A program made the translations under genes and the position numbers. The notes beneath the pieces are model-generated. The model saw nothing but the letters and a program-made list of their open reading frames with translations. It was not told the origin of the DNA and ran no database searches. This document shows, piece after piece, positions 48,623 to 59,134 of a stretch of DNA of 64,000 nucleotides. Numbering within the stretch: position 1 is the stretch's first letter; each line of letters opens with the position of its first letter. This stretch comes from Nitrosopumilus sp. (GTDB lineage Archaea; Thermoproteota; Nitrososphaeria; Nitrososphaerales; Nitrosopumilaceae): assembly GCA_965214775.1 (NCBI GenBank), contig OZ243974.1, positions 2,304,001 through 2,368,000 of the forward strand, read 5' to 3'.

Positions 48623-49414
48623 TTAAGTGTTCAACTTTTGACGCTCCTTGCGTCCAATGATGATCATGCCTGTCATGTATAGTGCCATCATCGGTCCTGC
48701 AATAAACCACATTGTCACGCCACTTCCGTCCGGAGTAACCACTGCTCCAAAAACCACTATTGCAATAATTGCATACCTGATATTTTTTCTCCAAAAACCA
48801 GAATCCACCATGCCTGATGCAACAATTGCATACATTACAAGCGGTAATTGAAATGAAAATCCAAATGCGAGCAAAAACTGCAAGACAAACGTAACAAAGT
48901 CAATGACATTCAGAAATGTAACTAGCCCCGCCGATTCGCCATATCTGTACAAAAACTCCAGGATGTATGGCACTACTAGACTATAAGAGAAAATACACCC
49001 TGCAGCAAACAAACCAACTGCAGGCAACGAAATGCCTCTGCTGACGTTGATTTCGTTTTCTTTTAGTGCTGGTTTGATGAATCCTACAAACTCTCTGACT
49101 ATAACTGGCATGCCGACTACGATTCCTGCTAGTGCTGCGATGTATACTTGGGCAAAAAATGCTTGGCCTGGCGCAGTTTGAATCAACTGAACATCCTCCG
49201 GTACGAGATTGTCCCTCATATGGCTGGTAATCTGTGCTGCGATATTGTCCATTGGCTGTGGTACTGGATAATACAACGTGACTTGACCAAGATGAACGGG
49301 TTCCACATGAAACGCTAGGATAAACACGGTAATAACTCCGATAATGATTGTGACCCGAAGCAGACGTTTTCGCAGTTCTTCTAGATGTTGATTGAATCCT
49401 TCCAATTCAGACAT
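48623..49414 (-). CDS. tatC: Twin-arginine translocase subunit TatC
   Basis: HLEELRKRL, FQLP, VVTPDG. Confidence 0.93.
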   Translation of the reverse strand: MSELEGFNQHLEELRKRLLRVTIIIGVITVFILAFHVEPVHLGQVTLYYPVPQPMDNIAAQITSHMRDNLVPEDVQLIQTAPGQAFFAQVYIAALAGIVVGMPVIVREFVGFIKPALKENEINVSRGISLPAVGLFAAGCIFSYSLVVPYILEFLYRYGESAGLVTFLNVIDFVTFVLQFLLAFGFSFQLPLVMYAIVASGMVDSGFWRKNIRYAIIAIVVFGAVVTPDGSGVTMWFIAGPMMALYMTGMIIIGRKERQKLNT

Positions 49415-49444
49415 TGTGTGTATTTGCTTTCTAATCTATATCAA

Positions 49445-49912
49445 TTATGTGGGAATTGGCAGTAATTTTGCTTCTGGAAGACCTGTCTCTTTGAGTTGCT
49501 CTTGCGTTAGACCTTCAAATTCCAATGAAATCACTGCTTTGGTGTTAAATTTGGACTCCATCTCTTTTGCCAGGTTGCCTATGTCTTTGCTGGCATAAAT
49601 CTCCTTTGAATCTCTTAAGAAAACCCTCTCGCCTTTCTCCATCTCTTTTCCGTTGAACTTTTCTTGCAAGAAACGTGTAATGGACGGCAGTTCTTTTCTG
49701 CTGATGTTGTTGTGAAAGTAACAGATTCCTTTGACTGATTTATAGTCAAATGCAGTTCCGTTTCTATACATAAAGACTCCAATAAATCGAGCCTCGTCTT
49801 CAGGCACTCTTACACATTTTATCTCCCAGTTCAACAATTTTGACTCGTCATAGGAAAACCCATCCATCTCTTCTGCTGTGAGCTTCCAATACCGTGTTCT
49901 TCCCTTGCCCAT
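49445..49912 (-). CDS. Conserved hypothetical protein
   Basis: Likely start MGKGRTRYWK at 49912; the ORF extension to 50011 lies in an IS remnant. Confidence 0.75.
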   Translation of the reverse strand: MGKGRTRYWKLTAEEMDGFSYDESKLLNWEIKCVRVPEDEARFIGVFMYRNGTAFDYKSVKGICYFHNNISRKELPSITRFLQEKFNGKEMEKGERVFLRDSKEIYASKDIGNLAKEMESKFNTKAVISLEFEGLTQEQLKETGLPEAKLLPIPT

Positions 49913-49960
49913 GATGTAATATTGTAGGTTGTTCTGGTATAAATTCCAATAGAGGCACAT

Positions 49961-50018
49961 GGGGTTGTCCAAAAAAATTTTCGCAAAATGACCGCTAAGC
50001 TTATAGATCATGGGCGTA
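49961..50018 (+). mobile_element. Left-end remnant of the IS903-like element
   Basis: GGGGTTGTCC...ACCGCTAAGCTTATAGATCAT matches 32752-32801. Confidence 0.7.
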
Positions 50019-50093
50019 ATCCGCCGAAAACAATTTTGTATGAGGTCACCTACTTCTCACATTAGGCCAAATATTGATGACGATATCGATCCG

Positions 50094-50182
50094 TATGTGG
50101 TCACGTCCCACTGCTGGCCAAGCATGAAAATTACAGTAACATGCAGATTCATGCCTGCAGGTTAGGGGCAGGTGACCTCGTA
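50094..50182 (+). mobile_element. MITE family A (with an extra TIR at 50039-50053)
   Basis: TATGTGGTCACGT...AGGTGACCTCGTA. Confidence 0.78.
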
Positions 50183-50272
50183 CGAATTTTATATTCATGC
50201 CTGATTTTAAAGGGCCTGATATTGCATATTTTTCGGAAGATAGATTAACCTCGGGTAAAGTTTTCATTTCAA

Positions 50273-50542
50273 ATGGCATCGTCATCATCATTTGAGGTTC
50301 ACGTAACTATTGAAAACAAGCATGGAATCAGTGATCCTGAAGGTGATACAATTCTAAATGATCTGGTTCTAAAGGGAACCCACAAGACAGTCTCTAAAGT
50401 CAAGACTGCAAAAATGCTCAAATTCACCATTTGGGAAAAGGATCAGAAAACTGCCCAGTCAAAAATTCAGGAAATTTGTGATGATCTGAGAATATACAAT
50501 CCTGTGGTAAGCAAAGTCTCTTTTGACGTTTTGAGGATTTAG
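50273..50542 (+). CDS. purS: FGAM synthase subunit PurS
   Basis: DPEG.TI, NPV motifs; in pur cluster. Confidence 0.88.
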   Translation: MASSSSFEVHVTIENKHGISDPEGDTILNDLVLKGTHKTVSKVKTAKMLKFTIWEKDQKTAQSKIQEICDDLRIYNPVVSKVSFDVLRI

Positions 50543-50994
50543 CTCCTCTGCTTTTCCTTCTCCGTCTCCTCATTCTTCCTTTCTGCCTCGATGTTTTCTA
50601 TTGTGCTATTAATGAGAATCTTGCTTCGTAAAAATTCCGTCAAGTTTGTCTGAGTTACAACTCCTGCCAGGTTCCCACCATGCAGAATAATCAGGCGCCT
50701 GATGTTGTTGTTGAGCATCTTTTGTACTGCATCCTCAATTGCAGTATCAGGCTCAACCCATCTGAAATTCCTTGACATTATCTCCTCTAATCTTACCTGT
50801 GATGCGACCTTGTCCTCTGCGGTGATCTTCCTAACGATGTCCCTCTCTGAAACAACCCCTGAGGGCTTTCCGTCCTGCATGATCACTAGAAAGCTGATCT
50901 CTTTTTCCTTGAGGATGTTTGATGCATCAAGAACTGTCTTGTCGTGCTCAACTGTGATGACATTTTTTTCCATAATGTCTCTTACCTGGGCCAT
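50539..50994 (-). CDS. CBS-pair protein
   Basis: VRDIM, GVVSERDI, IRRL. Confidence 0.88.
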   Translation of the reverse strand: MAQVRDIMEKNVITVEHDKTVLDASNILKEKEISFLVIMQDGKPSGVVSERDIVRKITAEDKVASQVRLEEIMSRNFRWVEPDTAIEDAVQKMLNNNIRRLIILHGGNLAGVVTQTNLTEFLRSKILINSTIENIEAERKNEETEKEKQRS

Positions 50995-51072
50995 GGCGAT
51001 CAGGTCATTTTTTCACATAAAAATTTTTACCGGCTGGATCCAAATTAAATATCTCTCAGTGTAATTGTAGTT

Positions 51073-51753
51073 GTGAAGGTTGGAGTTGTCGTTTTTCCCG
51101 GCAGTAACTGTGATCGTGACATGTATCATGTTTTAAGGGATGTTTTCAAGATTGACGCCAAGTATTATTGGCATGAAAAACCGCTTCCAAAAAACATTGA
51201 TGCCGTAATTCTGCCCGGCGGCTTTTCGTATGGTGACAGACTCCGTGCAGGCGTGATTGCAGCTCACAGTCCGGTCATCAGGGATGTTCAAAGGATGGCA
51301 GACAGGGGAGTTCCTGTCTTGGGCGTATGCAATGGGTTTCAAATCCTGGTTGAATCGGGCCTGTTGCCCGGCGTCTTGCTCAAAAACGAGTCTCTGAATT
51401 TTATGTGCGAGTGGACAAACCTTGTTGTTGAAAACAACTCCACTCCTTTTTCCAATCAATTTGAGATTGGCCAAAAAATTCCGATTCCCATAGCCAACGG
51501 CGAAGGAAGATACTATGTTGATGGCAAAACTCTGGAAAAACTAAGGAAAAAAAACCAAATTGTTTTTAGATATGATAAAGTTGTAAACGGCTCCTCTAAT
51601 CGAATTGCCGGAGTTTGTAACGAGGATGGAAATGTCGTAGGCATGATGCCTCATCCGGAACGTGCCGTCGAATCTGAAATTAATCCGGCTGACAACAAAC
51701 CTTCCACTTTGATCTTCGAGTCTCTGTTGACAAAAATGGGTGCGGGCAATTGA
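51073..51753 (+). CDS. purQ: FGAM synthase glutaminase subunit PurQ
   Basis: FPGSNCD, GGFSYGD, GVCNGFQIL, MMPHPER. Confidence 0.96.
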   Translation: MKVGVVVFPGSNCDRDMYHVLRDVFKIDAKYYWHEKPLPKNIDAVILPGGFSYGDRLRAGVIAAHSPVIRDVQRMADRGVPVLGVCNGFQILVESGLLPGVLLKNESLNFMCEWTNLVVENNSTPFSNQFEIGQKIPIPIANGEGRYYVDGKTLEKLRKKNQIVFRYDKVVNGSSNRIAGVCNEDGNVVGMMPHPERAVESEINPADNKPSTLIFESLLTKMGAGN

Positions 51754-53921
51754 GTCTGGAACCGCAAGAGCTTGACGAACTAAAATCCAAAATTGGAAGA
51801 AACCCTACGTTTACCGAATTACAAATTGTAGCTGCTGAATGGTCTGAACATTGCTCGTACAAATCCTCAAAACGCCATCTCAAAATGCTTCCGATGAAGG
51901 GACCTCTTGTGATTGCCGAGAAAGGATATGACTCTGGCGTCCTGGATGTTGGCGGCGGGTATGTTGTCACTGCTCACATTGAAAGTCATAACCATCCGTC
52001 AGCAGTAGAGCCTTATGGCGGCGCGGCAACCGGTGTTGGCGGCGTCATCAGAGACATACTGTCTGCTGGAACCAGACCCGTTGCAATTTTTAACGGACTA
52101 CGATTTGGCGATATCACAAAAGATCAACAAGCCAGATGGCTTTTCAAAAATGCCGTGACTGGAATTGCCGACTATGGAAACTGCCTGGGCGTTCCGACTA
52201 TTGGGGGAGAGGTAGAGTTTGATCAATGCTATGAAAACTATGCGCTTGTAGATGTGGCAGCAGTCGGCTTTGGGAAGAGGGAGAATCTCATAAAAAACCG
52301 TGCAAAAAAGGGTGACGTTGTAGTCTTGATGGGTGGCCCTACCGGAAGGGACGGGATTGGCGGCTCCCAATTTGCATCTGATTCCTTGGAGTCTGAAGAC
52401 CGTTCTGCAGTTCAAATTCCAGACCCGTTTATTGAAAAACTAATCATTGAGACAGTTTTTGAAGCACGGAATCAGAAACTAATTCACGCCATGAAAGATT
52501 TGGGAGGCGGAGGCTTGTCATGCGCCATCTCTGAGACTGCTGATGCGCTAGGGGTAGGAATCGAGATGGACGTCTCCAAAGTCCATACCAGGGAGCCTGA
52601 CATGCGTCCAGACGAAATCATGGTCTCAGAGTCCCAGGAAAGAATGTTGATTGTCACCAGCAAGGCAAAGCTGAAAAGATTACGGAAAATCTGTGAAAAA
52701 TTCAGGATTGGATGTTCCGTAATTGGCACGATCAAATGCGATAATCAAATGCATGTCAAAAAAGGAAAAGAGACGTTTGCAAGTCTTCCGACAGGCGTTG
52801 TGGCAAATGCAACTCTCTTGGATTTGCCCTCAAAAAAACCAGAATACCTTGAGAATGTCAAAAAAGAGAGGAAACTCAAAACAATGTCTGATTATTCTAA
52901 AATTCTGCTAAAACTTCTCGGTTCTCCAAATATCGCAAGCAAGATATGGGTATATGGGCAGTATGATCACGAAGTAGGAATAAGAACCGTTGTAAAACCC
53001 GGACGTGACGCATCTGTTCTGCGACTAGATAACGGAAGATTTCTTTCGGCAAAAATTGACGCAAATCCAAAGCAATGCTATCTGAATCCAAGGCAAGGCG
53101 CAATTGGATGCTTTGAGGAGGCCTGCAGAAATGTTGTCTGTACCGGCGCAAGACCCATCGGAATGCTTGACCATCTTCAATTTGGAAATCCAAAAGATCC
53201 TGAAATATTTTGGACGTTCCTAGAATCATTAAGGGGGCTGACTGAGTTTGCCAGATACTTTAAAATCCCATGCATAGGCGGCAAAGTGAGCCTATACAAC
53301 GAAACCCCCTCAGGAGGCCCGATCAAGCCTACCCCCCTAATTGGCGTTTTGGGGTTGATTGACAAAAAACCTCTGATTTCTCAGAGAATCACTGACGGTG
53401 ACTGTCTAATCTTAGTTGGTGACACAAAAGACGAGCTTGGAGGCTCCGAATATTTCGAGTATGTCCACAAGTTTATCGGGGGCAGATGCCCTGCCGTCGA
53501 CTTTGAACACTCAAAAAAGAATATGAAATCTGTTCTTGACTCAATTGAAAAACAACTGTTAAAATCGGCCCATGACTGCTCCAAGGGCGGACTGGCAGTT
53601 GCAGTATCTGAATTGTGCATGACAGACCAAGTTGGATGCCAAATATCGCTAGAAAAAATTCCAGGCCAAAAGCTAGATGCAGACAGGCTGTTGTTTTCAG
53701 AAAGCCATTCTCGTTATTTGCTGACAGTTGACAAAAAGAATCTCAAAAAAGTAAAAGAGATTCTAAGGAAACACAAAACATCATTCAGGCAGATTGGCCA
53801 ATTTTCAGGCGACTCTGTCGTCTTTACCAAGGGAGGCAGGCCGGTCATAGATCTAAGAGTTGATAAGGCGCAAAAAACCTGGATAAATTCGTTGAGGGAC
53901 TTGGTACTTTATGGACGATGA
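51750..53921 (+). CDS. purL: FGAM synthase subunit PurL
   Basis: WSEHCSYKSS, ESHNHPS, SESQERM. Confidence 0.97.
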   Translation: MSLEPQELDELKSKIGRNPTFTELQIVAAEWSEHCSYKSSKRHLKMLPMKGPLVIAEKGYDSGVLDVGGGYVVTAHIESHNHPSAVEPYGGAATGVGGVIRDILSAGTRPVAIFNGLRFGDITKDQQARWLFKNAVTGIADYGNCLGVPTIGGEVEFDQCYENYALVDVAAVGFGKRENLIKNRAKKGDVVVLMGGPTGRDGIGGSQFASDSLESEDRSAVQIPDPFIEKLIIETVFEARNQKLIHAMKDLGGGGLSCAISETADALGVGIEMDVSKVHTREPDMRPDEIMVSESQERMLIVTSKAKLKRLRKICEKFRIGCSVIGTIKCDNQMHVKKGKETFASLPTGVVANATLLDLPSKKPEYLENVKKERKLKTMSDYSKILLKLLGSPNIASKIWVYGQYDHEVGIRTVVKPGRDASVLRLDNGRFLSAKIDANPKQCYLNPRQGAIGCFEEACRNVVCTGARPIGMLDHLQFGNPKDPEIFWTFLESLRGLTEFARYFKIPCIGGKVSLYNETPSGGPIKPTPLIGVLGLIDKKPLISQRITDGDCLILVGDTKDELGGSEYFEYVHKFIGGRCPAVDFEHSKKNMKSVLDSIEKQLLKSAHDCSKGGLAVAVSELCMTDQVGCQISLEKIPGQKLDADRLLFSESHSRYLLTVDKKNLKKVKEILRKHKTSFRQIGQFSGDSVVFTKGGRPVIDLRVDKAQKTWINSLRDLVLYGR

Positions 53922-55362
53922 CAGGCCAAGGGAAAATTGCGGCGTGGTTGGAATTTACAGCCTGTCTGGAAAAAACGTCATCCCGATGGTCTTTGATGCG
54001 TTACGAGCTTTGCAACATAGAGGACAAGAGGCATGGGGCTTTGCTGTTCCAAACAAGCCTCCGTTTAAGAGAGTGGGGCTGGTATCTCAGTCTTCGTCTG
54101 ACTTTAAAAGACTTGCAAAAGAGTATGAATCCCCGTGTGTGATTGGACATGTGCGATATTCCACCATGGGGAGCAGTACCCTGGATAATGCACAACCACT
54201 CAAAGTCAGAGACCTGTGTGTTGCACATAATGGAACAATTGCCAATGCTCAGGAGCTGGCCAACCTTGTTGGAGGCTGTTCGTTTACCCCTCAAAACGCA
54301 AGTGATACGCTGATTGCCGCTCAACGCCTTGTCTCTTTAATTTCTGAAAACGGGGGGATGGGAAAAGCCCTTTCAATCTTAAAAAACGAGATGGCGGGCT
54401 CTTACTGCTTTACGTTTATCTCCGATGATGACAACTCGGTTTTTGCTGCCCGTGATCCTAAGGGATTCCGTCCCATGGTTCTAGGACACAAGGAATCTGA
54501 TGACACCTATATTGTAACTTCTGAATCTTCTGCAGTAACTGCAGTTGGCGCAGCTTTGCAAAGAGACGTCGTTCCAGGAGAGCTGATCAAGCTAAGCCGA
54601 TATGGTTTGGAGACTGAAAAATTCTCTGATGACGCCTCTCGTGCACACTGTTCGTTTGAATTCACCTACTTTGCACATCCGTCTAGCGACATGGAGGGAC
54701 GCAACATCTATGTCTCTAGAAAGCAAATCGGAAAATTCATGGCAAGGAAATTCCCTCTCAAAGAAGCGGATCTGGTCATTCCTGTTCCGGATTCTGCAAG
54801 ACCCGCAGCTTTGGGATATGCACAAGAGCTGGGAATATCATTTGACGAGGGATTGCTAAAGGACAGATACAGCAAAAAGGGCCCGTTGCGAAGTTTCATT
54901 GAACCCCACCAAAGTGACAGGGTGGACATTAACCGCTGGATCATTCCGATTACCCAAATCATCAAAGACAAGCATGTCGTAGTAATTGATGACAGTCTTG
55001 TAAGGGGCACCAGCTCCAGGGCAATCATCAAGGCTCTGCGTCGGGCAGGTGCCAAAAAAATCAGCATGTTGATTACATACCCGCAAATCAACTATCCGTG
55101 TTACGCTGGAATTGATTTTCCCTCCCAAGAAGAACTGGCAACCTATGTCAATGGAAAAACGATGACCTGTGATGAAATCACTGAAATGGTTAGACAGAGT
55201 ATCGGCGTTGACTTTTTAGGGTATAATGATGCTGAGAACCTGGCTGCTGCAGTCGGACTTTCAAAAGACTCTATGTGCTTTACATGCTCTTCGGGAAATT
55301 ATGAATCCCTGGGCATAAAACCTGACTTTACAAAACGTGAGCAAGTAAAGGCAACAAACTAG
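53911..55362 (+). CDS. purF: Amidophosphoribosyltransferase
   Basis: CGVVG, LQHRGQE, GHVRYST, VIDDSLVRGTS. Confidence 0.96.
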   Translation: MDDDRPRENCGVVGIYSLSGKNVIPMVFDALRALQHRGQEAWGFAVPNKPPFKRVGLVSQSSSDFKRLAKEYESPCVIGHVRYSTMGSSTLDNAQPLKVRDLCVAHNGTIANAQELANLVGGCSFTPQNASDTLIAAQRLVSLISENGGMGKALSILKNEMAGSYCFTFISDDDNSVFAARDPKGFRPMVLGHKESDDTYIVTSESSAVTAVGAALQRDVVPGELIKLSRYGLETEKFSDDASRAHCSFEFTYFAHPSSDMEGRNIYVSRKQIGKFMARKFPLKEADLVIPVPDSARPAALGYAQELGISFDEGLLKDRYSKKGPLRSFIEPHQSDRVDINRWIIPITQIIKDKHVVVIDDSLVRGTSSRAIIKALRRAGAKKISMLITYPQINYPCYAGIDFPSQEELATYVNGKTMTCDEITEMVRQSIGVDFLGYNDAENLAAAVGLSKDSMCFTCSSGNYESLGIKPDFTKREQVKATN

Positions 55363-55460
55363 AACCGATTTGGAGATTTTATTGCGTTAGGCAGCTGCCC
55401 TCTCTTCCTGCCGGCATGTTCTGCTGCCGCCATCCGGTGCCTGAGCCTGGCTTTCTAATG

Positions 55461-56612
55461 TGTATAGTCCAAAAAGTAGTTCACCCCTTCTCTGAGTGTG
55501 TAAAGTCGGTCAGGAGCAGATGTGCAAGCCTGACCCACACTGGAAGTACAGGTGTGTGGGTCTGGCGACGAAAGCTCCGTAAATACGTGAGTCTTGAGCA
55601 CCCAAACGGCATGAAGCTAGAGAAAAGCCAAGTACAATGGATAGTGAAAGAAAAGAAAAAGGGCGAGCTTACCAACGCCCAGATAGCCGGAACCATGGAC
55701 GTGACAGTACGGTGGGTCCAGAAGCTGTGGGCCAGGCACAAAGGCTGCCCTGCGGCAAGCGAAATATCGCATCCTGCGCCAATGGGAAGGCCCCAGAACG
55801 GTCTGCCCGGACGCAGGGAGCACTCTGCAGTCATGTCTGCCAGACATGCAGAGCACATGGGGGCTGCCGGACTGCAGCAGCGCATAGCGAATCAGACCGG
55901 AATCCATATCCCGCACGGCATCATACACAAGATACTGAGGGACGAGGAGATGGCAGAGGCGCAGCCCAGCAAGGGTACAAGGTACAGGTGGGTCCGATAC
56001 GAGCGCGATCACTCAAACTCGCTGTGGCATACGGACTGGAAGCAGATCCACGGCGGAATGCACGACGGCAGATGGTTCCTGTGCTACGAGGACGATGCCT
56101 CCAGGTTTGTGACCGGATATGGCATCTTTGATAATGCCACGACCAAAAACGCCCTGGCAGTGCTTGAGACGGCAATAGAAAAGCACGGCAAGCCGGCCTC
56201 GATCATGACAGACCACGGCAGCCAGTTCTATGCCAACGAGAAAGAGACGGCAAAAAAGAGGGGCGAAGGCGAGTTTGAAAAGAAACTGACAGAACTGGGA
56301 ATACGGCAGATCCTGGCAGGCGTGGGACGACCCCAGACCAACGGAAAGGTCGAGCGCCTCCACGGGGAGATCCAGCGCAAGCTGCACGAGTTCGAGGAGA
56401 TCATGATGAGAAAAAGCGACCCGATAGACCTGTTCATGCAGTGGTACAATCATGACAGGCCCCACAGGTCGCTGGACTGGGACAATCAGGAGACGCCCGC
56501 ACAGGCATTTCTCAGAAAGATGCCCAAGGAGGGGGAAACCGTTATTGACGGGCAGACAGGAGAGGAGTATGATGTCAAATAAGGGGGGGCGAACTACTTT
56601 CTGGATCCCACA
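55461..56612 (+). mobile_element. IS481-family insertion sequence with 16-bp TSD
   Basis: TGT...ACA ends, ~27-bp imperfect TIR; GCCTGGCTTTCTAATG duplicated at 55445-55460 and 56613-56628. Confidence 0.93.
55611..56582 (+). CDS. IS481-family transposase (rve integrase domain)
   Basis: LWHTDWK, DDASRF, TDHGSQF, PQTNGKVER, YNHDRPHRSL; start MKLEK inside the element. Confidence 0.93.
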   Translation: MKLEKSQVQWIVKEKKKGELTNAQIAGTMDVTVRWVQKLWARHKGCPAASEISHPAPMGRPQNGLPGRREHSAVMSARHAEHMGAAGLQQRIANQTGIHIPHGIIHKILRDEEMAEAQPSKGTRYRWVRYERDHSNSLWHTDWKQIHGGMHDGRWFLCYEDDASRFVTGYGIFDNATTKNALAVLETAIEKHGKPASIMTDHGSQFYANEKETAKKRGEGEFEKKLTELGIRQILAGVGRPQTNGKVERLHGEIQRKLHEFEEIMMRKSDPIDLFMQWYNHDRPHRSLDWDNQETPAQAFLRKMPKEGETVIDGQTGEEYDVK

Positions 56613-56647
56613 GCCTGGCTTTCTAATGCGATTTCGTTAAATATGCC

Positions 56648-56944
56648 TTGGAGTTATTTGTGTTAATGCAGGCAGTTTGGAACGACGTCGTCATTGCCAA
56701 AAGCAACGACACTGTAGTTGTGGAGGGAAACCACTATTTTCCAATCGACTCAATCAAAAAGGAATACTTTCAAAAGACAGACTTTACTACGTTTTGCGGC
56801 TGGAAGGGAACGGCTAATTACTATTCTGTCACTGTCAATGGAAGGACCAACAAAGACTGTGCTTGGTATTATGCAGAACCAAATGATGCGGCCATGAAAA
56901 TCAAGGGAATGGTTGCTTTTTGGAACGGCATCAAAGTGGAATGA
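56648..56944 (+). CDS. DUF427 domain protein
   Basis: VEGNHYFP, CGWKGTANYY, AWYY.EP, IKG.VAFW. Confidence 0.9.
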   Translation: MELFVLMQAVWNDVVIAKSNDTVVVEGNHYFPIDSIKKEYFQKTDFTTFCGWKGTANYYSVTVNGRTNKDCAWYYAEPNDAAMKIKGMVAFWNGIKVE

Positions 56945-57179
56945 TTTCCAGATTTTTCTGGCTTGTAGTCTTCTGGCTTCAAAACGGCTAGTGGCAAAAC
57001 ATCCTGCAAGTGAATTTACACAGGATGATGGGCATTTGTTTTTGACTCAATCACAAGAAGATCCATGGGCAATCATAAAACCTGCAGATGCTGCAAGGAA
57101 AAAAAAGAAATGAGGCATGCAAACCAACATGGCGGGGTTGCCGTTTGTCTGACATGATTTTACGGCATTGAAAAACCGG

Positions 57180-57662
57180 CTATTTTTGAGCAGAATCTTC
57201 TTGAATTTTAATTGGAATTGTTTTGCCTTCTCTCAAAATGCTCAATGATCTAAACATTACTCCCTGAACCGTACTGCAGCCTGAAGAGCATTTGGAGTAG
57301 TCAAATTCATTCTTCTGGAAATTCTGACTCTTTTTAGATTTGTCTGCCGAAAATACGTATCCGAGTAATTTTTTTAGTCCTTTGCTCCCCCCAAAAGCCG
57401 CATCCTGCGTTACAAACCAAGACATTTCCAATCCCTCGTATCCGTGCGGGAAGATTTTGCCTTTGAACTCTTTTCCGGCTTTTGAATAATGGCCTATCAT
57501 GGTGATTTTGCCGTTGACTAGCTTGTCTGCCAACTTTGCATATGACGTGCAGGAGGCACACATGTCGTCATAGATTAGTACGGGAAAGTTCATGTCTGTT
57601 GTTGGCCTTTCTGACGTATATAGTATCCATCTCTCCCTCCCTCTCTCCCTTCGTTCATCCAT
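57180..57662 (-). CDS. DCC1/DUF393-like thiol-disulfide protein (likely start MNFPVLIYDD near 57593)
   Basis: LIYDDMCASC DxxCxxC motif. Confidence 0.75.
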   Translation of the reverse strand: MDERRERGRERWILYTSERPTTDMNFPVLIYDDMCASCTSYAKLADKLVNGKITMIGHYSKAGKEFKGKIFPHGYEGLEMSWFVTQDAAFGGSKGLKKLLGYVFSADKSKKSQNFQKNEFDYSKCSSGCSTVQGVMFRSLSILREGKTIPIKIQEDSAQK

Positions 57663-57697
57663 CCATGCTTAATTACTAGCGTGACTAACTACACAAA

Positions 57698-58084
57698 GTG
57701 AGGCAGTACACGATACTCGTTGGCATTGGCGTTGGAGTCATAGGAATCATGGCCATAATATTTGGAATGGATGTTGTGAAACTGTCAGTATCGACACAGG
57801 ATTATGATATTTTCGTGGATCCGATCTTGGACAAGCAAAGCCTCTTTGTTATGGGCAGGGTGACAATTCAAAACACTGGCTCTGAGCCCTTGACAAACGT
57901 CCGCGTAAACTTTGGTTCTGGGGACACTCTTGATTTGGGAACCATCAAGGCAGGGCAAAAGATCATTGTTTCTCCACCTCCTGACAATCCGATGGAATTC
58001 GTAATGATCAGCGCCGATAATGACGTGTTTGTTAACAAAGCCTACCGCGAGATGCCAAAAATGGTTGGAATGATGGGCTCCTAG
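57698..58084 (+). CDS. Membrane-anchored Ig-like hypothetical protein
   Basis: N-terminal TM; TIQNTGSEPLTNV. Confidence 0.75.
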   Translation: MRQYTILVGIGVGVIGIMAIIFGMDVVKLSVSTQDYDIFVDPILDKQSLFVMGRVTIQNTGSEPLTNVRVNFGSGDTLDLGTIKAGQKIIVSPPPDNPMEFVMISADNDVFVNKAYREMPKMVGMMGS

Positions 58085-58123
58085 CCCTAGCAGTTAAATT
58101 TAATCAGACTCAACAAAGTTTGT

Positions 58124-58951
58124 TTGAAATTTCTGACTGGTGGAAAGGTAAAAGATCTTTATAGCGTAGACGAGAAGACACTTCTTTTCAAATTCTCTGA
58201 TCGTGTATCGGCCTATGATGTAAAATTCAGGCAAGACATCCCCAGAAAGGGGGAGGTGCTGTGCAAGTTTGCAGAATTTTGGTTTGATGAGCTGGACGTG
58301 GCAAACCACTTTGTAAAAAGAGAGTCTGACACGGAAATTCTTGTAAAAAAAATGCAGATGCTTCCAATAGAGTGCGTGGTTCGGGGCTACTTTTATGGAA
58401 GTTACTTTGACAGATGGAAGAAAGGCAAGGTCGCAATTCCTAAAGGAGTAAACGATACTGCGATGGCATCAAAGCTTTCGTATCCGGTATTTGATCCTAC
58501 GACAAAATCCGAGCATGATATTCCAATTGACAAATCAAAAGCACTTGAGATGAAACTTGTAACTGAAAAACAGTATGACTGGCTGGAAAAAACCTCTGTT
58601 GACATTTATAAAAAAATGTCCTCTGTTGCAGATTCGGCCGGGTTTATCCTGGCTGATTTGAAGCTAGAGTTTGGAGTTTTAGATGGACAGATCACATTAG
58701 GCGATTCAATAGGGCCTGACGAGTACCGCTTGTGGCCAAAAGACACTTTTGAAATTGGAAAAATCCAAGAGGCATATGACAAGCAGATATTACGTGATTG
58801 GCTGACTGCCAACGGCTACCAAAAGCAATTTGATGATGCCCGGGATGCAAGGAGAGAACCTGTCGCTCCGAACATACCTGATGAGATCATCTCAAAGATG
58901 ACTCGACGGTATGTCGTTGCGTTTGAAAGATTTGCTGGCAAGTCCCTTTGA
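58124..58951 (+). CDS. purC: SAICAR synthetase
   Basis: GKVKDLY, DRVSAYD, ECVVRGY, DLKLEFG, DKQ..RDW. Confidence 0.96.
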   Translation: MKFLTGGKVKDLYSVDEKTLLFKFSDRVSAYDVKFRQDIPRKGEVLCKFAEFWFDELDVANHFVKRESDTEILVKKMQMLPIECVVRGYFYGSYFDRWKKGKVAIPKGVNDTAMASKLSYPVFDPTTKSEHDIPIDKSKALEMKLVTEKQYDWLEKTSVDIYKKMSSVADSAGFILADLKLEFGVLDGQITLGDSIGPDEYRLWPKDTFEIGKIQEAYDKQILRDWLTANGYQKQFDDARDARREPVAPNIPDEIISKMTRRYVVAFERFAGKSL

Positions 58952-59134
58952 TTGGATCATTACAGAGTAGAATTCATCTTTCAACTCGAATTCCTTTTTT
59001 GAAGATTTGCAAAAATCTGCCTGTTTGAGGCATTTTGCCAGCCAAACGTCCGCATCCTCCCTTTTTTGGGGCCTTGTGAAAATTTTGACACTGCTACAAA
59101 ATATCTTCCAATTATACTAGTTTTATCGTAATAC

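Noticed and set aside
55416-55610. N-terminal extension of the IS481 transposase ORF
   Set aside because: Starts outside the element and crosses the TSD and TIR; real start likely 55611
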